From IMG/VR virus record IMGVR_UViG_3300045988_149396, positions 1 through 32,467 of that record: DNA of 32,467 bases, one strand, 5' to 3'. This DNA comes from a virus. Every line of letters begins with the position of its first letter. Within the stretch, counting starts at the first letter, position 1. The translations under genes were made by a program, and so were the position numbers. Below are positions 18,303-26,506 of this stretch, piece by piece. Under the pieces are notes generated by a model. It was not told where the DNA came from and searched no databases. It was given only the letters and a program-made list of their open reading frames with translations.

Positions 18303-18322
18303 CCATCCCTCGCTCTATTCCG

Positions 18323-19816
18323 CTAAATTTCGCTCTCTTCAGTGGTCTGAGCCGCATTTTTCGCGCGGGCAGTCTCGGCTTGATATCGTGCCGCTTCCAT
18401 CTCAAGCCTCGAAGCCTCAATCATCTGCTCACCTAGCGAATCTGCGGTGGCACGAGCCTGGGCGAGCCGCTTATCCGCCATAAGGCGCTCAATGGCGGCT
18501 TGGTCGTAGCCGAGCTTCTCCAGGACGACAGGAGACTCAGACAACCACGGAAGCATCTGCACTTGCTTCAGGACTGCATCTGCCGCGGCCGCGTCAGACG
18601 TATGCACAACGGGCGCAAAATGTGGACGGACTTTAGGCAGCCCCTCCATCTCATCGAGCGACGAAGTGCCCTCACGAAGAAGGACGCTCACAATCGCAAG
18701 CTGAGTTAGCGCGCTCTTGAACCCACGGATGCATCGTTCTGCTGCGAGGCGTAGCGGGTCGCGCTGGGACTGAATCGCCGAATCCGACGCGGGATTATCC
18801 GAAGGAAAACCCAATTCATCGAGCGGAATCTGGGACTCTGCAGCCAGCAGGGATGCCCACTGGCGGAGCTGGTCGGTATGCGGCTGCATCGACAGCTGGG
18901 AGAACTGCGTGATCTGCGGCAGGTTGCCGTCCTCATCACGCGAGACAGCCAACATCTTCGAGACAATCGCGTCCCATTTAGAGGCGGCGAGCGCCTCCGG
19001 GTCAGCGCCCAGAATCGCACGCTGAGGGGTTGCGTAGAATTCAGCGCCGACCTCGCTACGAACAATGGTTCGCACTGCTGAATCAGTCAGCGACATGACT
19101 GCCCGGCTGATGCGCGAACGGCCGAAGGGGCGGCGCAAATCAGCGCCAACCGTCACAGCAACCATGAGCGGGCGCCCGGTCGGGTTAGGTACGCTCTGAG
19201 CGGTGTACTCGTCATTCTCCGAGCGGCGGACTGTAACGGTCTTGTCGGGGAAGTAGACGATGAATTCCTTCGGGTTGATCTCGCCCATCTCGTTGGTGTC
19301 TACCTGAGTAATTGACAAGCCGGCTGCGAGACGGCGGGTTCGCTGGTCCCAGATGCCGGTTGCCCAGTGCGCTGACTTCGGGAGCCACAGAATCTCTGGC
19401 TCGCCTGCTGCTGCATCGCCCTGGGTAATCGTCAGGAAAGCGCAGGAATGAATCAGAGCACTGGAAACGGTCTGCGCGAATGCTTCCTTGAAGTCGTTCG
19501 CGTCCACGAGGTCGTTCAGGCCGAACGGGTCGTCATCCTCACCAGGGGCAACGAAACCCTCGAACTTGAGGCGGTCAGCGAGCACGTCTACGGTCTTTGC
19601 TGGCCAGCCCAGAACCGAGCCGATATTCTTCAGCTGCGGGGGGATTGAGATCCCCAGGTCCTTCAGGCCAATCTTCTGGTCATAGTAATTCTGCCGCACG
19701 CGGTTGCGTGAACGCTTTGCGGTCAGCTGCTCCTGCATCTTCGAGATGAGAGCCAGTTCCGCCTCGGTGAAGACTGCGTGGGTTGCTTCAGTCTCAGGCA
19801 GAGATGAAAAACTCAT
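18323..19816 (-). CDS. Portal protein
   Basis: 497 aa. ATGA overlap with the TerL stop. Position and size fit an SPP1 gp6-type portal. Confidence 0.85.
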   Translation of the reverse strand: MSFSSLPETEATHAVFTEAELALISKMQEQLTAKRSRNRVRQNYYDQKIGLKDLGISIPPQLKNIGSVLGWPAKTVDVLADRLKFEGFVAPGEDDDPFGLNDLVDANDFKEAFAQTVSSALIHSCAFLTITQGDAAAGEPEILWLPKSAHWATGIWDQRTRRLAAGLSITQVDTNEMGEINPKEFIVYFPDKTVTVRRSENDEYTAQSVPNPTGRPLMVAVTVGADLRRPFGRSRISRAVMSLTDSAVRTIVRSEVGAEFYATPQRAILGADPEALAASKWDAIVSKMLAVSRDEDGNLPQITQFSQLSMQPHTDQLRQWASLLAAESQIPLDELGFPSDNPASDSAIQSQRDPLRLAAERCIRGFKSALTQLAIVSVLLREGTSSLDEMEGLPKVRPHFAPVVHTSDAAAADAVLKQVQMLPWLSESPVVLEKLGYDQAAIERLMADKRLAQARATADSLGEQMIEASRLEMEAARYQAETARAKNAAQTTEESEI

Positions 19817-21261
19817 ACTGTGATTACCTGCCTTCTTGCGGGATTTCGTCGGGTAGTACGTGCGGCCCAGTAAGCCAACGTTGCTGCTTCAAACATCGTG
19901 ACGCTACCGCCTTCTGCAGCTTGCCAGCCGAAGCCTCCGCGGTTGCCGATTTTGCGGCGGGTGCATGAGAGTACCTGCTGAGTTAGCTCAGGCTGGTTGC
20001 TGTGCGTGAGGGCCTTGCCAATGACTGCCTGGTCTACCATTGCGTGAGCAACAATGACCTGGTCCAGCGAGGGCTGCCAAATGAGAGTCTTTGACTTCAC
20101 TCCAGCTTCACGGAGCGCGTTGACCAAATATCCCACGCCAGCCTTTCCGTCGATAACAATCTGAGCGGCGCGTGAGGCATGCTCAGCGAGGAAGTCTACG
20201 AGCCAGCCGGTGCCATTGGACAGAGGTTCAGATCGCAGGCCCTCGATGAAGATTGGGCCGCCAGTATCCGGGCGGCGAGCGACAGCGAGCGCAACCTCCA
20301 TACCGTCAGGAGAGAATCGCACACCGAACACGGTGCGGCCCTCCTTGGGAGCCTCGCCCTCGCATGCGTGCCAAGCTTCAGGGGTGAAGGCTGCCTGAGT
20401 TGCTGTGGCTTCGTCCCAGATTCCGAGCGCCTCACGCCTGAATGAATCGTGAGTGAGGTTCTTGCGCATGCGCTCGATTGCGACGGCGCTAACGCGAGTT
20501 GGAAAGGACGGGTTGGCTTTAGCCCATTGCTTCTTATCGTCGGCTCGGGCTCCGGGGTCGGCTGCGCACTCGATATAGAGCTTGTCGCGGTCCCCAGCGA
20601 GCGACTCGGCGCGGTGACGGGTGAACACCTCGCTCGGGTCGCTGGGCTTCGGCGGCGTACCCATCATCAGAACCAAGCCGTTCGGTGCCGCGTTGGTCGC
20701 AGGGAGCATGTCGTCAAGCGCTTTCTCGGTGAGAATCTGCGCCTCATCAAGCACAATGACGTCCACTTTTGCGAAACCACGACCAAAGCCGCTTTCACGA
20801 GCGCCGAAGAGAATTCGTGAACCATTCGCGAACTCTACGGCCTCCTGGCCGGCACCGCGGCGGACATGGGAGATGAACGGGGCAACCGCCGGGCGAGCCG
20901 CAATGCCCTGCATGGACTGGAATGTCTCGTTGTGGGTGCGAGCGCGATGCGCTGACCAGAGAACGAGCGTCTTTGGGGAAGCGATGCAGGCGGCGAAGAT
21001 GAAACCGGCAATCATGTGAGTTTTTCCGACCTGTCGCGGCAGGCTCAGTGCGGCGCCTCCCACGCCTGCGGCGTAGAATCCATCCTTGCGCTTCGCGAAA
21101 ACCAGCCGGCCAATATCCACCTGCCAACTATCGAGCGGGTAGGCCATCTTGATTAGCTGCCGAGCGATGGACGGCCAGCCGGTAGAGACGATTCCGTCAG
21201 GCACTTTGAGCTGTGCGGCGACCTCAGAGAGTGGACGGGTCGAAGGGGGCATCTTCTTCAT
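19813..21261 (-). CDS. terL: Terminase large subunit
   Basis: Start moved to ATG 21261 (MKKMPP...) after AAGGAG. Walker A-like LPRQVGKTH and Walker B-like VIVLDEAQ. Confidence 0.9.
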   Translation of the reverse strand: MKKMPPSTRPLSEVAAQLKVPDGIVSTGWPSIARQLIKMAYPLDSWQVDIGRLVFAKRKDGFYAAGVGGAALSLPRQVGKTHMIAGFIFAACIASPKTLVLWSAHRARTHNETFQSMQGIAARPAVAPFISHVRRGAGQEAVEFANGSRILFGARESGFGRGFAKVDVIVLDEAQILTEKALDDMLPATNAAPNGLVLMMGTPPKPSDPSEVFTRHRAESLAGDRDKLYIECAADPGARADDKKQWAKANPSFPTRVSAVAIERMRKNLTHDSFRREALGIWDEATATQAAFTPEAWHACEGEAPKEGRTVFGVRFSPDGMEVALAVARRPDTGGPIFIEGLRSEPLSNGTGWLVDFLAEHASRAAQIVIDGKAGVGYLVNALREAGVKSKTLIWQPSLDQVIVAHAMVDQAVIGKALTHSNQPELTQQVLSCTRRKIGNRGGFGWQAAEGGSVTMFEAATLAYWAARTTRRNPARRQVITV

Positions 21262-21535
21262 GATGGTGCTCTCCTTCAATCTCTGCCCCGTACTGCTGCT
21301 CTAACTGTTCCAGCTCCTCGATATCCTTATCGAGGTCCTGGAATCGGCGTGCGAGCGCGGCTAGGTCACGGGCCAGCGTGTTTGGGTTGTCAATATGCGC
21401 AGCAAGCTTGCTGCGCAGAGCACGGAGCCTGTCGAGGCGCGTGCCGGTTGCGGTGGCATGAGAAAGGGAGCCTTCCTCTTGGGTGGCTCCCTCAAAATCG
21501 ATAGGTTCGAGCTTCTTAGGCTTGCCTTTACTCAA
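21224..21535 (-). CDS. terS: Terminase small subunit (putative)
   Basis: 103 aa with a TTG start after AAGGAGTGATACC. Basic N-terminus, helical RLRALRSKLAAHID...RDLAALARRFQDL segment, acidic tail. Overlaps terL. Confidence 0.55.
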   Translation of the reverse strand: MSKGKPKKLEPIDFEGATQEEGSLSHATATGTRLDRLRALRSKLAAHIDNPNTLARDLAALARRFQDLDKDIEELEQLEQQYGAEIEGEHHHEEDAPFDPSTL

Positions 21536-21571
21536 GGTATCACTCCTTGTCGAACCCGTATTATGTGGAAA

Positions 21572-21637
21572 ATCGCTGTAAAGATATCGCTATCGCCGGA
21601 GGGCGCGAACTCGTCTCCCCGGGGAGGGGGTACCCCC
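21572..21637. other. Candidate cos/packaging recognition region
   Basis: Three ATCGC(T/C) direct repeats (21572, 21586, 21592). Adjacent GC palindromes CCCCGGGG (21617..21624) and GGGGGTACCCCC (21626..37). All lie in the 190-bp gap between HNH and terS. Confidence 0.3.
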
Positions 21638-21725
21638 CTGGTCCTGTTTGCTTCAGGTGGTTTGCCCCAGTTGATGATGTCCCCCTTATAGCGGCGAAAG
21701 GTCACCGGCTGGTGGATGGTTGGGG

Positions 21726-22049
21726 CTAAAGGATCAGTGTCGTTTTCGGTCGAATCGATTCTGCGATCCTGATTATCTTGCGAGCTTGAGAGCGTTTACC
21801 TCCAAGCTTTCCGCCGAGTCGCTGGTTGCATTGGCGGCAGATGACGCGAGTATTCTCCACAACATCTTTGCCGCCTTCTGCGTGGGCTGTCACGTGGTCA
21901 AGCTCAGGTGAGTTCGGCTGCTTGCTCCGGTGCCAATCGTAGGCAACGAAACAAATGGGACAGCGCATGTCGCCACGCTCAAAAGCGGCGGCGAGCTCCT
22001 GCTTCCGGAGGTTCTTCCAACGAGCGGTGCCAGTGCGGCTGGTCGCCAT
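21726..22049 (-). CDS. HNH endonuclease (packaging-associated)
   Basis: Start moved to ATG 22049 after AAGGAGGACGCA. Motifs CPIC ... ELDHV ... N ... CRQCN. Located upstream of terS/terL, as in HNH-dependent cos phages. Confidence 0.85.
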   Translation of the reverse strand: MATSRTGTARWKNLRKQELAAAFERGDMRCPICFVAYDWHRSKQPNSPELDHVTAHAEGGKDVVENTRVICRQCNQRLGGKLGGKRSQARKIIRIAESIRPKTTLIL

Positions 22050-22098
22050 TGCGTCCTCCTTCTTATCCACTATTCATTTGTGGCTTGCGGGCTGGTAT

Positions 22099-22139
22099 CT
22101 GGTGGGGGAGGCTGTTTGCCTTCCCTCCTCCCCCACCAG
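22099..22139 (-). terminator. 13-bp G/C hairpin in the leader of the late operon
   Basis: CTGGTGGGGGAGG (22099..22111) pairs with CCTCCCCCACCAG (22127..22139), with a 15-nt loop. No U-tract. Confidence 0.4.
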
Positions 22140-22226
22140 AGGAAGAATCCGACACGATTGAACATGTCTCCCGCTTTATCACCACCCCCCCTGCTAGGCA
22201 GAGGACATACCAGTGGTAAGCGGGAC

Positions 22227-22256
22227 AGTCTAGCGTCATCATCCCCCCTTGTGCAA
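22227..22256 (-). promoter_or_regulatory. Candidate late promoter (-35 TTGCAC, 18-nt spacer, -10 TAGACT)
   Basis: Read on the minus strand: TTGCAC is the complement of 22251..22256, and TAGACT is the complement of 22227..22232. Confidence 0.3.
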
Positions 22257-22265
22257 GCGCCGACG

Positions 22266-22940
22266 TCACCCACCAGAGGACAGCCTCACCAGCGTCTCCT
22301 CCTCCTCATTCGCAGACAACAGATTCCACAGGAAAGCACGCGGCCAGATTGCCGAGCAGGCCGAACATTCGACACGCTGAACCTGCTCCCCCTCGATGTC
22401 CCAGACAGCAAGCAGGCAAGGCTTCTGTACCGTCGCCCCGAATTCGTCTCGGCAAATTCGGAGCTTCTGGTGGCAGACTGGGCACGCCCGGTCTATCGGT
22501 GTTCGTCTGACTGGTTGCAGGTACTCCTGAATCTTTGACACCCACTCGCTCCATTCCTCACTAATCCAGACCAGAACGGGAAGACTTACATGAGCGAGGT
22601 GAGGGAGCACAGCACGCATAGTGTCAGCTGGAGATTTCCCCGCAGACACTCCCACGGCGGCCGCAGTTTCCGCAGCAGAGTGACCAACCGCAGTCCACAA
22701 ATCCAACGCCGCAACATCCAGCGGCGAGCGCGAACCAGAGGATGACGGCCCCTTCCCGTGCTCTGTCCCCTGCTCCACCACAGCCTGCCGAAGCTGATCC
22801 AGCAACGCCATTTCCAATGGAGCATCTTCGAGTGCCTCTGCTGATTCCCCCATGTCCTCAGCTCGAACATGGGCAAAGGCTAAGACGTTCAGGATTGCCC
22901 GCACCCGGCGGCGCATCTCGACGGTATCTTGCTCAGTCAT
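22266..22940 (-). CDS. Hypothetical protein with a C-terminal CxxC...CxxC zinc ribbon (candidate late-gene regulator)
   Basis: Start moved to ATG 22940 (MTEQDT...), an ATGA overlap with the VRR-NUC stop. Cys pairs CPVC and CSAC. Last early gene before the late operon. Confidence 0.6.
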   Translation of the reverse strand: MTEQDTVEMRRRVRAILNVLAFAHVRAEDMGESAEALEDAPLEMALLDQLRQAVVEQGTEHGKGPSSSGSRSPLDVAALDLWTAVGHSAAETAAAVGVSAGKSPADTMRAVLPHLAHVSLPVLVWISEEWSEWVSKIQEYLQPVRRTPIDRACPVCHQKLRICRDEFGATVQKPCLLAVWDIEGEQVQRVECSACSAIWPRAFLWNLLSANEEEETLVRLSSGG

Positions 22941-23260
22941 TGACTCAGCTCCTTCACGATTGCGGTCCACATGTCTGGTCGCCACACTCCAGCATCTTGG
23001 CCGGCCGAAGCGAGCGCGTCGAGCCACTGGATTTGTGCTGCGGAGACTCGCCCCTTCATGGTCTTCAATTCTCTGAAGAGGGTTCGCCGCCTGATGGGGT
23101 GGACGAGGACCAGGTCAGGAAATCCAGCCGGCGAGCGGCGGGAGTCATGGGTGTGGTAGTGCATCCATCCCAGGCGGGTTGCCAAGGTGATGACGTCTGA
23201 TTGGAACTGAGCCTCCGTTACGTTTCGAGCGGTAAGCATCAAATGGTCTTGTGCTTTCAC
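22937..23260 (-). CDS. VRR-NUC domain nuclease
   Basis: 107 aa with a GTG start after AGGAGGTAGAA. Motif GFPDLVLV ... RELKTMKGRVSAAQ matches the PD-(D/E)xK VRR-NUC signature. Confidence 0.75.
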   Translation of the reverse strand: MKAQDHLMLTARNVTEAQFQSDVITLATRLGWMHYHTHDSRRSPAGFPDLVLVHPIRRRTLFRELKTMKGRVSAAQIQWLDALASAGQDAGVWRPDMWTAIVKELSQ

Positions 23261-23262
23261 TT

Positions 23263-24585
23263 CTACCTCCTGCTGGTTCGGCGGGTTCGAGCTCGGCGAT
23301 GACGAGAGCGTTTAGGTTCAGAGATGGTCAGGTTTTTAACGGCTTTACCGTCCCGTCCCGACCCGGCATATCCGAATCCGTCACCCTTACGATTTGAATC
23401 AGCTCCCAATTCCTCCCAATCCTGTGAAGGGGTTTGAGAGGTGGTTTTGGGTACGACGAAATGGTCGTTGTGGCTTCCCTCAGCCACCGATGCACCGGTG
23501 GCTGAGGTTGGCTCTTCAACGACTTCTGCAGCGGATGCTCGCTCAGCGAGGGCAAGTTCGGCTGCATCAATTTGCGCAGAGAATTCGTCAATCATCTGCT
23601 GCGCGCTGATGGTCGGCAAAGAGCTGCTGGTGTGCTGCGACTGCACCACCTGTGAGGGTTCATCAACCTGCGAACCAGTGCCCTGGTTCCGGGAGAACTC
23701 GCTCACCGGCGAAGCGGTCTGCGACTGCACCACCTGTGAGGGTTCATCAACCTGCGAACCAGTGCCCTGGTTCCGGGAGAACTCGCTCACCGGCGAAGCG
23801 GTCTGCGACTGCACCACCTGTGAGGGTTCATCAACCTGCGAACCAGTGCCCTGGTTCCGGGAGAACTCGCTCACCGGCGAAGCGGTCACGACCGACCTAC
23901 CAACCGGCTTAGCAGACGGAGCAGATGCCTTAGTAGGCACCCCATTTTCAGTCAGCCAAGCCGCGCTCTTCGCCCCAAAATACGGCGGCTGCGGGGCGGG
24001 TAGAAGTTCCACCGCCCAACCAGCATTGTCCTTGCGGGCAGAGTTGCAGCTGCGGCACGCTACCACCATGTCGTCCGGAGTTTCTGCAGGAACTCCAGGA
24101 CGAAGATGGTCATAGGTCGCGCCACGGCCGCCGCGCTGATCCCCCCAGTAAACGACGTGACCGCACCAACGACATGCATCGCCGTCGCGAGCACGAATAG
24201 GCACAATCAACGCACCGTTACGGGTGTCATTACGCCGCCTGTTTTCCCAATCAATCTCCTCTCGTAGACGCATATGGAAGAGGTCTTCGTCCTCGACCAG
24301 CTTGTAGGCAATACGCCCATCCTCCAGCGGCACCTCATCAACCAGGTAGCCACAGAACGTTGCATCAGCAATGAATTTATCTGCTGCATCTGGACTGCCG
24401 GTGAATTTCAGGACGCTTCCACGCTCAACAATATAGTCTGTCTTGAACGCGGCAGCTTCAACCGCCAGTGCCACTACCTGACCAAACAGCGACCACATAG
24501 ACTGCATGCTCGCGCCAGGAATCTCCAATGCGCGCCACACAATGCGATGCTGCGCGGCTGTATCTGATACTTTCAGCCAGGGCAT
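23263..24585 (-). CDS. HNH-domain protein with an internal 3 x 28-aa repeat (candidate replication initiator)
   Basis: Start moved to ATG 24585 (MPWLKVS...) after AAGGAG and a C8 tract. HNH-like motif CRWCG ... YDHL ... CRSCNSARKD. It is the only large early protein, and no polymerase, helicase or primase gene is present. Confidence 0.65.
   Translation of the reverse strand: MPWLKVSDTAAQHRIVWRALEIPGASMQSMWSLFGQVVALAVEAAAFKTDYIVERGSVLKFTGSPDAADKFIADATFCGYLVDEVPLEDGRIAYKLVEDEDLFHMRLREEIDWENRRRNDTRNGALIVPIRARDGDACRWCGHVVYWGDQRGGRGATYDHLRPGVPAETPDDMVVACRSCNSARKDNAGWAVELLPAPQPPYFGAKSAAWLTENGVPTKASAPSAKPVGRSVVTASPVSEFSRNQGTGSQVDEPSQVVQSQTASPVSEFSRNQGTGSQVDEPSQVVQSQTASPVSEFSRNQGTGSQVDEPSQVVQSQHTSSSLPTISAQQMIDEFSAQIDAAELALAERASAAEVVEEPTSATGASVAEGSHNDHFVVPKTTSQTPSQDWEELGADSNRKGDGFGYAGSGRDGKAVKNLTISEPKRSRHRRARTRRTSRR
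23635..23886. repeat. Perfect tandem repeat, 3 x 84 bp, each unit carrying the palindrome GAACCAG-TGCC-CTGGTTC
   Basis: Units at 23635..23718, 23719..23802 and 23803..23886 are identical by direct comparison. They are in frame and encode ASPVSEFSRNQGTGSQVDEPSQVVQSQT three times. Confidence 0.95.
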
Positions 24586-24660
24586 GAGGGGGGGGCTCCT
24601 TGCGGTGGTAGTAGTGTAGATCATCGTTCTCTGCACTGTGTCAAAATCAGCAGAAACCTG

Positions 24661-25248
24661 CTAATTAGTGATGGGGTTCTCAATAGCGGCATCCACCAAA
24701 TCCTCAGCCATGAGGTCGAGTAGGTGCTGGATTTGGGACATGCGCTCGCGTATCTGACGCTGGCGCTTACCGAGGTTTGCGTTGCGCAGTGCGGCGGGGG
24801 TGAACGGGGCGAGGCTCTTCTTCGCCTCTTCGACGCGACCGAGTACCTCTGCTGATTCCTGCGGCGATTCAGCAGCTTCAGCGGTGAGCGCTTCGGCGTG
24901 CTGGGTTCGTCGTTCCGCTTCGAGGGTGCGGATCTGGTCGATTGCTTCGCGCAGGCGCGGGTAGCTGTCGCTGTCTCGCTTCATGTTCATGGAGCGCTGT
25001 AGGAGTCCTTCAGTGGCCATGTAGGTTACGGCGCGGGTCGCTTTGCCGCCGCCGAGGTCTTCGCGCCATTTGCGCTTCCATTTGTTGGAGACGCCGGTGA
25101 GGAGGCTGCCTTTGGCGAGCGCTCCGATTGCGTCTGCGAGGTCTGCGTTGTGGACCCAGATGCGGTCAGCGTCGTAGATGTGGCGGATGGGGGTGCCGTT
25201 GATGGTGAGGTCTCGGTCTGGGTTGGCGATTGGGTGGTAGCGGTTCAT
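24661..25248 (-). CDS. Bro-N-like / antirepressor-family protein (putative)
   Basis: Start moved to ATG 25248 (MNRYHP...) after AAGGACACACC. The N-terminal pattern PIRHIYDADRIWVHNADLADAIG ... TEGLLQRSMN resembles Bro-N. The C-terminal half is helical. Confidence 0.45.
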   Translation of the reverse strand: MNRYHPIANPDRDLTINGTPIRHIYDADRIWVHNADLADAIGALAKGSLLTGVSNKWKRKWREDLGGGKATRAVTYMATEGLLQRSMNMKRDSDSYPRLREAIDQIRTLEAERRTQHAEALTAEAAESPQESAEVLGRVEEAKKSLAPFTPAALRNANLGKRQRQIRERMSQIQHLLDLMAEDLVDAAIENPITN

Positions 25249-25273
25249 GGTGTGTCCTTGGGGTGTGGGTGGG

Positions 25274-25519
25274 TTATTCGGCGTAGTTGGTGTCGTCGTG
25301 GGAGCTGGCGTGGAGCTTGGCTTCTTCACAAAGCTCTTCAAATGCGTCTTGGAGGACCAGGGAGTTGAGTGACTCAACGGCTTTGGTGTTTCTCTGCTTG
25401 CAGGTGTCGCAGGTGATACGGAAGCATTTGCCGACGATTTCCCTGTTTCTGGTGAGCTGTAGGACTTCGACGGTGAAGGGGAAGCCTTCGTGTTCCTGGT
25501 GTTCCTGGTGTTCTTGCAT
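25274..25519 (-). CDS. Hypothetical protein
   Basis: 81 aa with SD AAGGAAGACACCG. The N-terminus encodes MQEHQEHQEHE from a short 9-bp repeat. Confidence 0.55.
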   Translation of the reverse strand: MQEHQEHQEHEGFPFTVEVLQLTRNREIVGKCFRITCDTCKQRNTKAVESLNSLVLQDAFEELCEEAKLHASSHDDTNYAE

Positions 25520-25530
25520 CGGTGTCTTCC

Positions 25531-25788
25531 TTAGATGATGGTGTAGGTTGCCCAGAGCATCTTGCTGTTCCGGGCACTGCCGGTGTAGAGGTAGACGTCA
25601 CCGCCGGGGTGTACGTCGAAGGTGCTGCAGGCGCGGGGTGCGAGCGCGGTGGCGACGGCGTCGATAACTGCTTTGTTGCGTGCTTTTTCGCCGTGGCGTC
25701 CGTCCCAGTAGGCGTGGGTGTGGATGATGTCCTTTTCACCGGTGGCGGTGGGGTGGACGAATTCGATTGCGATTTTGTGGCTTGCCAT
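25531..25788 (-). CDS. Hypothetical protein
   Basis: 85 aa with SD GAGGAAACACCACC. Confidence 0.6.
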   Translation of the reverse strand: MASHKIAIEFVHPTATGEKDIIHTHAYWDGRHGEKARNKAVIDAVATALAPRACSTFDVHPGGDVYLYTGSARNSKMLWATYTII

Positions 25789-25881
25789 GGTGGTGTTTCC
25801 TCGGGTGGGGTGGTGGGGTCCCCCGCCGCCGGTGTGGCTACTGTAGGAAAAGAGTGGCGGCGGGGAAGCTGTGGGGGGGGG

Positions 25882-26172
25882 TTAGACATTGATGGAGGTT
25901 GTCATCATTGCGCGGTGGCGGGCTTTGCCTGCTGCGCGGTTGCGTTGCCAGACTTCGACGTCTGAGGTCTTGTACCAGTAGCGTCCATCGTCGTCTTTGC
26001 ATGAGGGGCGGAGGCGGATGCCGGCGGTTCGGACGCCGGTGCCGCTGTAGGTTCGGACGGTGGAGACTTTGATGCCGGCTGCGGCGGCGACCTGGCTTTC
26101 AGAGACGAGTTTTATGCCGGGGTTGCATGCCTCGAACATCGTCTTGTGCGGGAGGTCAATCTTGTTGGTCAT
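25882..26172 (-). CDS. Excisionase-family (MerR-like) HTH DNA-binding protein, paralog B
   Basis: 96 aa with SD AAGGAAACACCACCACCA. Motif QVAAAAGIKVSTVRTY ... GRYWYKTSDVEVW. Confidence 0.65.
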   Translation of the reverse strand: MTNKIDLPHKTMFEACNPGIKLVSESQVAAAAGIKVSTVRTYSGTGVRTAGIRLRPSCKDDDGRYWYKTSDVEVWQRNRAAGKARHRAMMTTSINV

Positions 26173-26506
26173 TGGTGGTGGTGTTTCCTTTGGTGTGGCG
26201 GGGGTTGCGCCAGTGGATTGCTTGCATGTGGCGGCGGCAGAGCTGTTTGGAAGCGGCGCGTTTCTCTAGCCATGCCTCGACGTCTTCGGGGCGGTACCAG
26301 TAGCGCCCGTTGAAATCACCTTTGGCTGCTGGACGGAGGCGGGCAGTAACGGCGGCCTTGATGGAGTCACCTGCGTAGGCTCGGAGCGTGGTTTCTTTGA
26401 TTCCTGCTTCACGCGCGACGGTTGCGGCGGGGAGCAGGTGCTTGCCGGGGTTCGCTTTCAGCCACTCGGTGAGGGTTGGCAGGTCACTGAGGGGTGAGTT
26501 AGCCAT
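26156..26506 (-). CDS. Excisionase-family (MerR-like) HTH DNA-binding protein, paralog A
   Basis: Start moved to ATG 26506 (MANSPLS...) after AAGGAGAGCTCA. Motif TVAREAGIKETTLRAY ... GRYWYRPEDVEAW parallels the next gene. Confidence 0.65.
   Translation of the reverse strand: MANSPLSDLPTLTEWLKANPGKHLLPAATVAREAGIKETTLRAYAGDSIKAAVTARLRPAAKGDFNGRYWYRPEDVEAWLEKRAASKQLCRRHMQAIHWRNPRHTKGNTTTNDQQD

Noticed and set aside
23635-23886. The 84-bp repeats as a CRISPR array
   Set aside because: The units are contiguous with no spacers, are 84 bp long, lie in frame within a gene, and no cas genes are present.
23441-24115. Plus-strand ORFs carrying the repeat (224 aa and 86 aa)
   Set aside because: They exist only because the 84-bp repeat is stop-free in several frames. 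The minus-strand frame continues into an HNH motif and has an SD.
24613-24644. Perfect -35 TTGACA plus -10 TACACT upstream of the HNH/replication gene
   Set aside because: The two hexamers are 20 nt apart, outside the usual 16-19 nt window. I kept it as a note only, though TACACT is the same -10 hexamer proposed in the switch region.
25489-25519. Short 9-bp tandem repeat encoding (HQE)3 at the N-terminus of the 81-aa ORF
   Set aside because: It is real in the sequence but is only about three imperfect copies. That is too short to support any functional claim beyond a possible slippage-prone tract.
25374-25889. 171-aa Pro/Thr/Ser-rich minus-strand ORF
   Set aside because: It overlaps two shorter ORFs in other frames (25274..25519, 25531..25788), each of which has a strong SD at the right spacing. 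Its composition is typical of an alternative frame in GC-rich DNA.
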